Below, piece by piece: positions 50,879-59,874 of a stretch of DNA of 64,000 nt (position 1 is its first letter; every line of letters begins with the position of its first letter). The position numbers and the translations under genes were made by a program. This DNA comes from an uncultured Actinomycetota bacterium (GTDB lineage: Bacteria; Actinomycetota; Humimicrobiia; Humimicrobiales; Humimicrobiaceae). Below the pieces are notes generated by a model, which was not told the DNA's origin, searched no databases, and saw only the letters and a program-made list of their open reading frames with translations. The stretch spans positions 8,504 to 72,503 of the forward strand of contig CAZRML010000014.1 in assembly GCA_964601205.1 (NCBI GenBank), given 5' to 3'.

Positions 50879-51688
50879 ATGGAAAAACTAAAATTAAAAA
50901 ATTATGATACGGACGATATATTAAGGTTAAAAAATCGTACTGTGGAAGAATTAATAAAGGTATATAAAAATACAGGAAGTTCTGAAATATTGAATATAAT
51001 AGTTGAAAAAACAAAGAAGCTTGCCTATAAGGTTGTTTCTGATTTTAAAATTAATTACTGTGATAGTAAAGATATAAGGCAGGTTGCGCTAACCGGCCTT
51101 GTAATAGCCATAAACAGGTTCAATACAGGTGTGGATACCAGGTTCTCCACCTTTGCCGTTCATTATATAAGAGGCGAAATACTTCACTTTATAAGAGATA
51201 GCCGGCTGGTAAAAAGTCCCCGGTGGCTGTGGAAGCTGAATAAAATATTTACCGAATATGTTAAAAAATATGAAAATCAAAATAATAGTTATCCCACCAT
51301 AGAGGAAATTTCAGAAGGAATAAATATACCGGTAGAAGGAGTAAATGAATTTTTAAAAGCCAGAGAGGCAGCCTTTTACAATAACAGAAAAATAAATGAT
51401 TGCGGAAACGGTAATGCTAATAAGGCAGAAGATAATTTAGGTTATGACAGGAGCCTTATAAGGTCAAAGGAATATAAAAGTTTTGACCTGGTAATGGAAG
51501 ATAAAATAATATTATGGGATGCCATAGACAGGCTGCATAAATTAAACAAAAAAATACTGGTTTTAAGTTATTTCCTGGGGTTCAGCCAGGAAGAAATAGG
51601 GAAAAAAATAGGAATTTCACAGAAATCAGTTTCCAGAAAATTAAAAGAGAGCATAAAGCAGTTAAAAGAATACTTCGCGTGCAACTAA
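50879..51688 (+). CDS. Sigma-70 family sigma factor, group 3 (SigB/F/G/FliA-like)
   Basis: Region 2 reads FSTFAVHYIRGEILHFIRDSRLVKSPRW. The region 4 HTH reads LSYFLGFSQEEIGKKIGISQKSVSRKLK. Confidence 0.85.
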   Translation: MEKLKLKNYDTDDILRLKNRTVEELIKVYKNTGSSEILNIIVEKTKKLAYKVVSDFKINYCDSKDIRQVALTGLVIAINRFNTGVDTRFSTFAVHYIRGEILHFIRDSRLVKSPRWLWKLNKIFTEYVKKYENQNNSYPTIEEISEGINIPVEGVNEFLKAREAAFYNNRKINDCGNGNANKAEDNLGYDRSLIRSKEYKSFDLVMEDKIILWDAIDRLHKLNKKILVLSYFLGFSQEEIGKKIGISQKSVSRKLKESIKQLKEYFACN

Positions 51689-51745
51689 TTTTTTTTGCCC
51701 CGTATTTAAAGATTTACCTGATATCCGATAAATATTTAATTATTA

Positions 51746-51774
51746 TTGACAAATATGTATGAAATAAATATTAT
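51746..51774 (+). promoter_or_regulatory. Candidate sigma-A promoter TTGACA-17-TATTAT upstream of the pilin gene
   Basis: Direct reading. It lies about 190 nt upstream of ATG 51962. Confidence 0.35.
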
Positions 51775-51881
51775 TGTATAATAAATAAATTTATAATTTT
51801 ATATTTTATTATATAATAATTAAATATAATATTTAGTTAATATATATTTTTCTTTATTTAGAAATAAAAAGATAGATAAAT

Positions 51882-51909
51882 GTCTGAAAATATTATTTAA
51901 GGGTATAAT
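51882..51909 (+). promoter_or_regulatory. Candidate alternative-sigma promoter GTCTGA-13-GGGTAT (SigB-type -10), overlapping a TATAAT
   Basis: GGGTAT is at 51901-51906 and TATAAT at 51904-51909, 53 nt upstream of the pilin ATG. Confidence 0.3.
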
Positions 51910-51961
51910 AATATAATAAATGATAAAAAAATAATATTCTATCAAATAAAGGAGGTAAGAA

Positions 51962-52366
51962 ATGAAGTGGTTATACAGGCATATGCATAAGGATGAGAAA
52001 GGGTTCACCCTTGTTGAACTTATGATTGTAATCATAATCCTGGCAATCCTTACTGCAATTGCTGTACCGAGCTATATGGTACTTAGAAACAGGGCAAGAA
52101 CTGCAGCAGCCCAGAGTGAGATGAAAAATATAGCAACTGCACTGGAAATGTATTTTGCTGATAAAGAAACATATCCTGCTGTAGCTACATGGGTTGGAGA
52201 CCTGGAAGATGGTTACATGGATCCAGTACCGACAACGGACCCGTGGGGTGAAAACGATTATAGTTACTCATCTAGTGATATTACAACAACCTATACATTG
52301 ACCTGTACCGGTGCTGATCCAGAAATAGTAATAACAGATGGGCAGCTGCAGGAAAGTGATAGCTAA
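51962..52366 (+). CDS. pilA: Major type IV pilin / GspG-like pseudopilin
   Basis: The prepilin signal reads KG|FTLVELMIVIIILAIL with Glu at +5. The GspG-like DPWG..Y.Y motif and a strong RBS AAGGAGG are present, and the gene has its own terminator. Confidence 0.9.
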   Translation: MKWLYRHMHKDEKGFTLVELMIVIIILAILTAIAVPSYMVLRNRARTAAAQSEMKNIATALEMYFADKETYPAVATWVGDLEDGYMDPVPTTDPWGENDYSYSSSDITTTYTLTCTGADPEIVITDGQLQESDS

Positions 52367-52424
52367 GCAAATATAAGTGAAATAATAAGTATCTAATTAA
52401 ACAGAAAGTATTATTATTTGTTAT

Positions 52425-52456
52425 AAGGAGCAGCTTTTAGTTGCTCCTTATTTTAT
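52425..52456 (+). terminator. Rho-independent terminator after the pilin gene
   Basis: A 10-bp stem AAGGAGCAGC/GTTGCTCCTT with loop TTTTA is followed by ATTTTAT. Confidence 0.7.
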
Positions 52457-52487
52457 AATAATATTAAATCTGTAATTTTTTTAAGCT

Positions 52488-52516
52488 TTGACTAATAAAA
52501 TGCACCATGTTATTAT
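52488..52516 (+). promoter_or_regulatory. Candidate promoter TTGACT-17-TATTAT for pilD-pilMNO
   Basis: Direct reading only. Confidence 0.35.
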
Positions 52517-52681
52517 CAATGAATAAAAAAAATTATATAAATTTATATTATTAAAATATTAAAGGTATATAGGAAAAAAAATTTTTTAAATTATTATTCA
52601 ATTATAATAAATATAGCAATATAATAGAAAAAATATAAATTTAACGGTTACAAGAAAAACTGTATATAAGCAATAAATAAA

Positions 52682-53443
52682 ATGGTAGTAAATAAAGTAT
52701 TTTTTTATATAATATTTATTATATGCGGTCTTGGTGTGGGCAGCTTTCTTGGAGTTGTTGCATACAGGCTTCCCCGTAAAATATCTATAATAAAGCCGCG
52801 TTCATTTTGCCCGCATTGCAGAAAAGAAATTCCTTTTTATGATAATATTCCTGTAATTTCCTACATTATACTCAGGGGAAGATGCAGGTTCTGTAAGAAT
52901 AAGATACCGGTAAACACACTATTAATAGAATTAATAACCGCTGCAGTATTTGTATTAAATTATATTTTTTTTGGTTTATCCGTAAAAACAATAAGCGGGA
53001 TTATTCTATGCAGTGTTCTGATAGTAATATCTTTTATTGACATTGAATTTCAAATAATACCAAATGTGATAATACTTCCATTTACCATTGTGGGCCTGGC
53101 ATTCAGTGTTTTTTTTTATTTAGAAAGATGGTGGATGCCTCTTGCATTCGGTGCCGGGGCTTTTTTGTTTATGCTTATAATTCATCTTATAATCCCCCGG
53201 GGAATGGGAATGGGTGATGTCAAGTTGAGTCTTATGGTAGGAGTGTTTCTGGTAAGGGATGTGATACCGGCACTGTTCCTGGGGTTTCTAACCGGTGCAT
53301 TGTATGGTATATCACTGGTTATCGCAAAAAAAAGGAAATTAAAACAGCCCATACCATTTGGGCCCTTTATTTCACTGGGCAGTATAATTGCTTTATTTTG
53401 GGGTAATAATATTTTAAAATGGTATATAAGTTTTTTAAAATAA
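52682..53443 (+). CDS. pilD: Prepilin peptidase (A24 family) PilD
   Basis: N-terminal Cys pairs (CPHC...CRFC) and the active-site GMGMGDVKL block are present. Confidence 0.9.
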   Translation: MVVNKVFFYIIFIICGLGVGSFLGVVAYRLPRKISIIKPRSFCPHCRKEIPFYDNIPVISYIILRGRCRFCKNKIPVNTLLIELITAAVFVLNYIFFGLSVKTISGIILCSVLIVISFIDIEFQIIPNVIILPFTIVGLAFSVFFYLERWWMPLAFGAGAFLFMLIIHLIIPRGMGMGDVKLSLMVGVFLVRDVIPALFLGFLTGALYGISLVIAKKRKLKQPIPFGPFISLGSIIALFWGNNILKWYISFLK

Positions 53444-53450
53444 AAAGAGA

Positions 53451-54626
53451 GTGATAAAAATGCTGGCAGTAGGATTAAATTTAAGTTCATCAAGATTAAG
53501 TATTGTTGAGCTTTTAAAATCAAGAAATGGCTTTACTGTTGCAAATATGGCAAGAGCAGAGATACCGCCGGGCTGTATGGTAAAAGGGGAAGTTCAGGAT
53601 ATAGAAATTCTTTCAAACAGTTTAAAGGAAATCTGGAGAAAGAATAAGATTTCTGACAGGAAAGTCTTCATCGGAATTGCAAATCAGAAAGTGATTGCAA
53701 AGGAAATCCGGATACCGGTTATAAATGACGATGAAATAAAGAATTCCATACAATACCAGATTAGTGATTTTATTCCAATACCAAAGAATAATATTATATA
53801 TGATTATTACGTAGTTGAAAAAGGAGAAGACCATTCAAGAATAATGCTGGTAGGGGCGATGAAGAGCATGGTAGATGATGTGGTTTCAAGTTTTAAAAAG
53901 GCCGGCCTGCTTGCACAGGCTATTGATTTAAACTGTTTTGCATTATACAGGACGGTAAACTATATAAAAGGAATTGAAAAAGATAAAGACGTAAAGAACA
54001 AGCGTACAGCTTTTTGTGTCGCGAACCTTGGAGTGGAAATTTCAATAATAGAGATGATACAGGACTATAACTTAAAATATCCGAGATTTACATCAACTTC
54101 TATAAGAAGCTTTATTGATGAGATTTCAAAGGAAACAAAAAAAGATGATAAATATTGCGGGGAAGTATTATCAAAATTTGATTTCAAATCCCTGCTGTTA
54201 AAGAAAAACGAACCAGAAAAAAAGAAGAAAGAAACCGGAGATTCTTTTCTTAAACCAGAAGAGAAAGAGAGTAAAAATTCCGGTAAAGATAAAGATAAGG
54301 TTAAAGATGAGCCTGACAGCGGTAAGGTGAAAGAAATAATAAAAAGCACCACGGATAGGTTTATAGGGGAAATTAAATTATCGGTGGAACACTTCTTGCA
54401 GGAAAATCCAAAATCAAGTGTGGGGAAAATTATTTTGACCGGTGAATATATAAGAAATATTGATAGATATATAGAACAGGAAATAGAATATAAAGTTGAA
54501 ATGCTGAATATAAATGATTATTTTCCATTAAAGAATATTAAAATAGCTGCGGGCTATAGTGAAGACGGCAATTACATCCTTGACCCGGTAGCTATAGGCA
54601 TGGCATTAAGGGGCTTAAATCAATGA
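53451..54626 (+). CDS. pilM: Type IV pilus assembly protein PilM (actin-like ATPase fold)
   Basis: The family-typical order is followed by pilN, to which it is coupled by a 4-nt overlap. It contains a roughly 45-aa Lys/Glu-rich insertion. Confidence 0.85.
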   Translation: MIKMLAVGLNLSSSRLSIVELLKSRNGFTVANMARAEIPPGCMVKGEVQDIEILSNSLKEIWRKNKISDRKVFIGIANQKVIAKEIRIPVINDDEIKNSIQYQISDFIPIPKNNIIYDYYVVEKGEDHSRIMLVGAMKSMVDDVVSSFKKAGLLAQAIDLNCFALYRTVNYIKGIEKDKDVKNKRTAFCVANLGVEISIIEMIQDYNLKYPRFTSTSIRSFIDEISKETKKDDKYCGEVLSKFDFKSLLLKKNEPEKKKKETGDSFLKPEEKESKNSGKDKDKVKDEPDSGKVKEIIKSTTDRFIGEIKLSVEHFLQENPKSSVGKIILTGEYIRNIDRYIEQEIEYKVEMLNINDYFPLKNIKIAAGYSEDGNYILDPVAIGMALRGLNQ

Positions 54627-55324
54627 AAACTATAAATCTCCTTCCAAAAGAAGAGAGAGTTAGAGATGTAAAAAGTATAATGCTTGGCGCGGTGATGGTA
54701 ATATTAATAATATTATTAATAGCAGCAGCCGGTTTTTCATTTATACTTTACAACGTTAACCGCGGTCTTACACCGGAGCTGGAAAATTACGAAAGAGTAA
54801 ATATGCAGCTAAATAATTATATAAATAAATTACAGGTCTATGCCGATTTTAAAGAAGAAGTAAGCAAGAAAGCTAAAGTTATAGAATATTTAAAGGCCAG
54901 GGAGATATTATGGTCGGACATACTTTATGATTTTGGAGAAAATATGCCGGAAAATGCATATATTGATTATATAGAGGGTGACAGTGATAGGTTTTACTCG
55001 TTAATTTCCGGTCTTGAAGAGGGGGAAGTTGAAGAGATAAATAAAGTATTATTATTTACTATTTCAGGAAATGCACTTGGCTACAAGGATGTTACAAGAT
55101 TACTGGTTTATTTAAGAAATATGGAAAATATAGGAGAAGTATGGATTAACAATATCAGCAAGGATTACATAACCGATTCTAATTTAGCTATACTATCTTT
55201 TAATATCAGCGCATATCTTGACATAGAGCCGTATATAGAGGAAATGGGTCTGGATAAAGTTGAAAAGGAAGAGGCCGGCGACGAAGAAATACTGGACCAG
55301 GAACTGGAGATGCTAAATCAGTAA
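54623..55324 (+). CDS. pilN: Type IV pilus assembly protein PilN
   Basis: The N-terminus reads MKTINLLPKEE and is followed by a single TM segment. Confidence 0.85.
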   Translation: MKTINLLPKEERVRDVKSIMLGAVMVILIILLIAAAGFSFILYNVNRGLTPELENYERVNMQLNNYINKLQVYADFKEEVSKKAKVIEYLKAREILWSDILYDFGENMPENAYIDYIEGDSDRFYSLISGLEEGEVEEINKVLLFTISGNALGYKDVTRLLVYLRNMENIGEVWINNISKDYITDSNLAILSFNISAYLDIEPYIEEMGLDKVEKEEAGDEEILDQELEMLNQ

Positions 55325-55360
55325 ACGTAGATAAATTAATAAATATTTTTTTATTATAGT

Positions 55361-55906
55361 ATGAATATCAAAATTAAAATAATTATAACAATTGGAATCT
55401 TTCTGGTGATTGTTTTACTTACGGTACTGGTTCTTGTTCCAAATCTTACTGCAAGTATTAAAAACAATGCTTCTATTGAAGAAGAAAAAGAAGAAAATAA
55501 AGCATTGATGGACAATTTGAATAATCTTCTCATGGTAAGGGACGAGTATCATTTACTGAATGCAGAATACCAGAAGTATTCATTACAACTCCCGACAGGC
55601 GGCGATAACAGTATTTTTACAAATGAGATTTATGATATTGCCAGTTACTCAAATGTGGATATTTACTCCATTAATTATTCAGAAAAAGCTGTAGATGAAG
55701 AAGAAGAAAAGATGGGCCTGGTTATAACCGAGGCTGATTTAATTATAAATGGTTCTTATTATGATATATTAAACTTTATAAACACGGTTGAAAAAATTCC
55801 AAGGATAGCAAAGGTTAAAAAAATAATAATTCAATCTACAGGTGGCGATTATGAATATTTGAGCGCCAATATGAGAATTGAATTGTATTATAAAAAAATA
55901 AATTAA
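55361..55906 (+). CDS. pilO: Type IV pilus assembly protein PilO
   Basis: It has a single TM segment, a coiled-coil and a ferredoxin-like C-terminus (GSYYDILNFINTVEKIPRIAKV). Confidence 0.8.
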   Translation: MNIKIKIIITIGIFLVIVLLTVLVLVPNLTASIKNNASIEEEKEENKALMDNLNNLLMVRDEYHLLNAEYQKYSLQLPTGGDNSIFTNEIYDIASYSNVDIYSINYSEKAVDEEEEKMGLVITEADLIINGSYYDILNFINTVEKIPRIAKVKKIIIQSTGGDYEYLSANMRIELYYKKIN

Positions 55907-55912
55907 AAAAAT

Positions 55913-56452
55913 ATGATATTTAAAAAAAGTAAAAAAAGAATTCCATCAAAGAGTTTTAATGTTAAGAATATTATAATTGCAGCCGGCTTTATCACGGTCT
56001 TTATTATTATGTCCGTGTCTGTTTATGGATGTTCTGTTATTAATCTCGTAAGTAAAGCCTATGGCGACGAAAAAGAGGGACCGGCTCTGCCGGAAGTTGA
56101 AATAGATGAAAGCGAAGTTGAAGAAATTAAAAAGGGTGAAGAAGATATAAAGAAAGGCTATGTTATTGAAAGTGAAATCAAACTAATTGATGATTCAACA
56201 AGGGACCCGTTTAAACCATTCTATATAGTAGAAGAAGAGGAAAAAGAAAATATTATTACACTGGAGAAAATCTTTAGCAAAGATGGGGTTGAATATGCCG
56301 AAATAAATTTTAATGAGTATATTTATAATTTGAAAGAGACCGATACTATATCAGATGTTTATTTAATCCAGGCAATAAATATAAACTCTTTGGTATTACT
56401 AAAGGGAGACGAAATAATAACCTTATATATCGGAATTCCGGTATATGATTAA
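55913..56452 (+). CDS. PilP-like pilus assembly protein (tentative)
   Basis: The position after pilO, an N-terminal TM with a lipobox-like VYG|C, an acidic linker, an RDPFKPF motif and a small C-terminal beta domain suggest PilP. Confidence 0.45.
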   Translation: MIFKKSKKRIPSKSFNVKNIIIAAGFITVFIIMSVSVYGCSVINLVSKAYGDEKEGPALPEVEIDESEVEEIKKGEEDIKKGYVIESEIKLIDDSTRDPFKPFYIVEEEEKENIITLEKIFSKDGVEYAEINFNEYIYNLKETDTISDVYLIQAININSLVLLKGDEIITLYIGIPVYD

Positions 56453-56469
56453 AAAAAGGTGTTTAAAAT

Positions 56470-57645
56470 TTGAGATTTTTAACTGCGGGCGAGTCTCACG
56501 GAAAATATCTTACAGGAATTATAGATGAATATCCTTCAGGTGTTGAAATTGATGTAAATTTATTAAACAGAGAGCTTTACAGAAGACAGAGCGGTTTCGG
56601 AAGAGGCGGAAGGATGTCCATAGAAGATGACACCATAGAGATAATCTCTGGAGTAAGGAAAGGTAAAACTACTGGTTCCCCGGTATCTTTTATTATAGCA
56701 AACAGGGACTGGGATAACTGGAAAGAGGTAATGGATACAGGTCCCCGGGGTATGGAAAGGGACAGCGGTAAAGATAGATTATTGAATCCCAGGCCGGGGC
56801 ATGCAGATTTAAATGGTTATATAAAATACAGGCTTGATGATATAAGGGATGTAATAGAGAGAAGCAGTGCAAGAGAGACAGCGGCCAGAGTTGCTGCAGG
56901 CGGATTTGCCAGGACAGTATTAAAATTGCTTGGAATAAGTATATTCAGTTATGTATACCAGATAGGAAATGTTGTATTGGAGAACAGAGTAAAAGAAGAA
57001 AATATAAATGAGAGCATGCTGGAAGAAATTGAATTATCAGAAGTCAGGTGTCCGGATAAAAAAATTAGTTTAAAAATGAAGGAAGAAATAACCAGAGTAA
57101 TTAAAAATGGCGACAGCATTGGAGGAAAATTCAGGGTCATTGCCACAGGGGTACCTCCCGGTCTTGGCTCATATGAGCAGTGGGACAAAAGGATTGACTC
57201 AAGGATAGCGGGTTTGTTTATGAGCATACCAGCAGTAAAAGCTATTGAAATCGGGGATGGTTTTATTGCACCATATATGACCGGGATTAATTTCCATGAT
57301 AAAATTTATTATAAAAAAGGCACCGGCTTTTATAGAAAAACAAACAGAGCCGGAGGGATAGAAGGCGGAATAACAAACGGGGAGCCGATTGTTATAGGAG
57401 TAAGTATGAAGCCGGTACCCACCACATCTAAAGGTCTTAGAACGGTTAATATAAAAACAAAAAAAGCCGCAGCAAGCCTTAAAGAAAGGTCGGATGTCTG
57501 TGTGGTCCCAGCTGCGTCAGTGATTGGCGAATCAATGTTATCCATAGCGATTTTAAATGAAATACAGGAAAAGTTTGGGAAGGATAATATAGACGAAATT
57601 TTAGAAAATTATAAAAACTATAAAAAATATATTGGAAAAATTTAA
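56470..57645 (+). CDS. aroC: Chorismate synthase
   Basis: MRFLTAGESHG begins at a TTG start, and GGRMSIEDD... blocks follow. Confidence 0.95.
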   Translation: MRFLTAGESHGKYLTGIIDEYPSGVEIDVNLLNRELYRRQSGFGRGGRMSIEDDTIEIISGVRKGKTTGSPVSFIIANRDWDNWKEVMDTGPRGMERDSGKDRLLNPRPGHADLNGYIKYRLDDIRDVIERSSARETAARVAAGGFARTVLKLLGISIFSYVYQIGNVVLENRVKEENINESMLEEIELSEVRCPDKKISLKMKEEITRVIKNGDSIGGKFRVIATGVPPGLGSYEQWDKRIDSRIAGLFMSIPAVKAIEIGDGFIAPYMTGINFHDKIYYKKGTGFYRKTNRAGGIEGGITNGEPIVIGVSMKPVPTTSKGLRTVNIKTKKAAASLKERSDVCVVPAASVIGESMLSIAILNEIQEKFGKDNIDEILENYKNYKKYIGKI

Positions 57646-57651
57646 TATGAT

Positions 57652-58164
57652 ATGGATTATAAGAACATATCTCTTATAGGTTTTATGGGTTCCGGTAAAA
57701 CTACACTGGGGAGAATACTGGCAGCGAAAAAAACTTTTTTGTTTATTGACCTGGATAGAATAATTGAGTTAGAAAAAAATAAAAGAATAAAAGATATATT
57801 TAAAATACATGGAGAGGATTATTTCAGAAATTTAGAATCAGAAGTAATAAAAAAAATATATATAAATAAGAATTGCATTTTTGCCTGTGGGGGCGGAGTT
57901 GTAAATAGAAGCAAAAATATGGGGATAATAAGGAGAAACAGCCTGGTAATTTATTTAAGCGTTTCTCCCGAAAATGTTTTTAAGCGCTTAGAAAATGCAG
58001 TTGATAGGCCGCTTATTGAAGTAGAAAACAGGGAGGAGACTATAAGAAATCTGGCCGGTAAAAGAGATAAACTATATAGAAAATATGCAGATATAATTAT
58101 AGATAATGACCGCGATGATCCTGGCGGAGCTTCAGAGAGAATATTAAGCCTGCTTAACTCCTGA
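57652..58164 (+). CDS. aroK: Shikimate kinase
   Basis: The P-loop reads LIGFMGSGKTTLGR. Confidence 0.9.
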   Translation: MDYKNISLIGFMGSGKTTLGRILAAKKTFLFIDLDRIIELEKNKRIKDIFKIHGEDYFRNLESEVIKKIYINKNCIFACGGGVVNRSKNMGIIRRNSLVIYLSVSPENVFKRLENAVDRPLIEVENREETIRNLAGKRDKLYRKYADIIIDNDRDDPGGASERILSLLNS

Positions 58165-58200
58165 GTAGCCTTAAAATAAATATGTGGATAAAAAAAGTAA

Positions 58201-59310
58201 GTGAAAATAGTTAAAGTTAAAACAATTTTAAAAAAGTACCCCGTTTATACAGGAGCTGTTTTTAAAGATATTTTTCCGGAACTAATAAAAAAAAGGTTTG
58301 GAGATTGTGAAAAAATCCTCCTTGTAACTAACGATAAAATATTTGGAATTTATGAAAATACCATAAAAGAATCTCTCAGGAGATGCGGGCTTACGAGTGA
58401 GATTGCAATAATAAGGGATGGCGAAGAATTTAAAAGCCTTAAAAGTGTTGATTACCTGTATGGAAGACTTATTGACTTTAATGTACACAGAAATGATGTT
58501 ATAGCAGCATTTGGAGGAGGAGTTGTAGGAGACATTACCGGTTTTGCATCTGCAACATTCCACAGGGGAATTAAATTTATCCAGTGCCCCACAACTATAA
58601 TAGGTCAGGTTGACAGCAGCATAGGTGGAAAAGTAGGTGTTAATTATCGTAATATAAAAAATATAATCGGAAGTTTCTATCAGCCTGATGCAGTTGTAAT
58701 TGACCCGGAATTTACTTACACACTGGATGAAGACCAGATAATAAACGGGCTGGGTGAAATAGTAAAATACGGGATAGTGTTTGATAAGGGAATACTGGAA
58801 AAACTGGAAAGGAATGTATGCAGTGATGATAGAGATAGATTATTTAAGCTCGTTAAGAACAGAGTTTTCAGGGATATTATACACAGGTGCTGTTATATAA
58901 AAGCAAAAGTAGTTGAGAAAGATGAATTTGATACAGGCTACAGGAATTTATTAAATTTTGGGCATACAATAGGTCACAGCATCGAAAATGCCTTCAATCT
59001 GAAAGATATAAACCATGGCAGGGCTGTCAGTATTGGTATGATAATAGCAATAGATATATCAATTTCGCTTGGGTTTTTAAAAAAAGAATTTAAAGACAGA
59101 ATAATAGAATTATATAAAAAGCTAAAACTACCCTGCAGATTGCCGGAGATAAATCCGGCTAAAATTCTTGATGTAATAAAATATGATAAGAAATTTAAAT
59201 CTTCACAGAATAAATTTGTTCTTCTTAAAGGTCTAAACAAACCTGTCTTCTATTACAACCTCGGGCCGGGTGCGATTATTGATAATATAAAAAAAAGTAT
59301 GTATAATTAA
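58201..59310 (+). CDS. aroB: 3-dehydroquinate synthase
   Basis: GGGVVGDITGFASATFHRGI and NFGHTIGHSIE are present. The start is GTG. Confidence 0.9.
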   Translation: MKIVKVKTILKKYPVYTGAVFKDIFPELIKKRFGDCEKILLVTNDKIFGIYENTIKESLRRCGLTSEIAIIRDGEEFKSLKSVDYLYGRLIDFNVHRNDVIAAFGGGVVGDITGFASATFHRGIKFIQCPTTIIGQVDSSIGGKVGVNYRNIKNIIGSFYQPDAVVIDPEFTYTLDEDQIINGLGEIVKYGIVFDKGILEKLERNVCSDDRDRLFKLVKNRVFRDIIHRCCYIKAKVVEKDEFDTGYRNLLNFGHTIGHSIENAFNLKDINHGRAVSIGMIIAIDISISLGFLKKEFKDRIIELYKKLKLPCRLPEINPAKILDVIKYDKKFKSSQNKFVLLKGLNKPVFYYNLGPGAIIDNIKKSMYN

Positions 59311-59430
59311 ATACAAATATATATAAAGAATATATCAAATATATTATTAATAATTACGCAAAAACTGAATTTTATATTAATTTTATTAATATGGCAAGTT
59401 TATAAATTTTTATTATAGGAAAAAGAAAAA

Positions 59431-59862
59431 ATGAAAAGAATTATTATAATTAACGGTCCCAATTTAAATTTGCTGGGCAAAAGAGAAAAAGAAATATATG
59501 GAGAAAAAAGTTTTAATGATTTAAAAAGAGAGCTTGATGAAATGGTAAAAGGAAAAGCAGAACTCCTGTATTTCCAGTCCAATCATGAAGGAGAGATTAT
59601 AGATAAAATTCATGAGTGCATGGGCACAATAGACTGCATTATAATAAATCCCGGAGCCTTAACCCACTATAGCTATGGTATTTATGATGCTATAGTGGCG
59701 AGTAAAATAAGAACCATAGAAGTGCATATATCAAATATATTCAAGAGAGAAGATTGGAGAGGAAAGTCTGTTGTATCTCCTGCTGCATCGGGTATTGTAA
59801 TCGGGCTGGGCATGGATGTATACAGAATAGCAGTTGAGTATATAATTAATTATAATGATTGA
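59431..59862 (+). CDS. aroQ: Type II 3-dehydroquinate dehydratase
   Basis: IIIINGPNLNLLGKREKEIYG and HISNIFKRE are present. Confidence 0.95.
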   Translation: MKRIIIINGPNLNLLGKREKEIYGEKSFNDLKRELDEMVKGKAELLYFQSNHEGEIIDKIHECMGTIDCIIINPGALTHYSYGIYDAIVASKIRTIEVHISNIFKREDWRGKSVVSPAASGIVIGLGMDVYRIAVEYIINYND

Positions 59863-59874
59863 TAAGAAAGTAAA

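Noticed and set aside
51689-51961. A c-di-GMP riboswitch upstream of the pilin gene, as in some clostridial pilA genes.
   Set aside because: The spacer is almost entirely A/T and has no G+C helices. It lacks the conserved GGCAAA/ACGCAAAGC (class I) or GGAAAC...GCAACCGACC-like (class II) elements.
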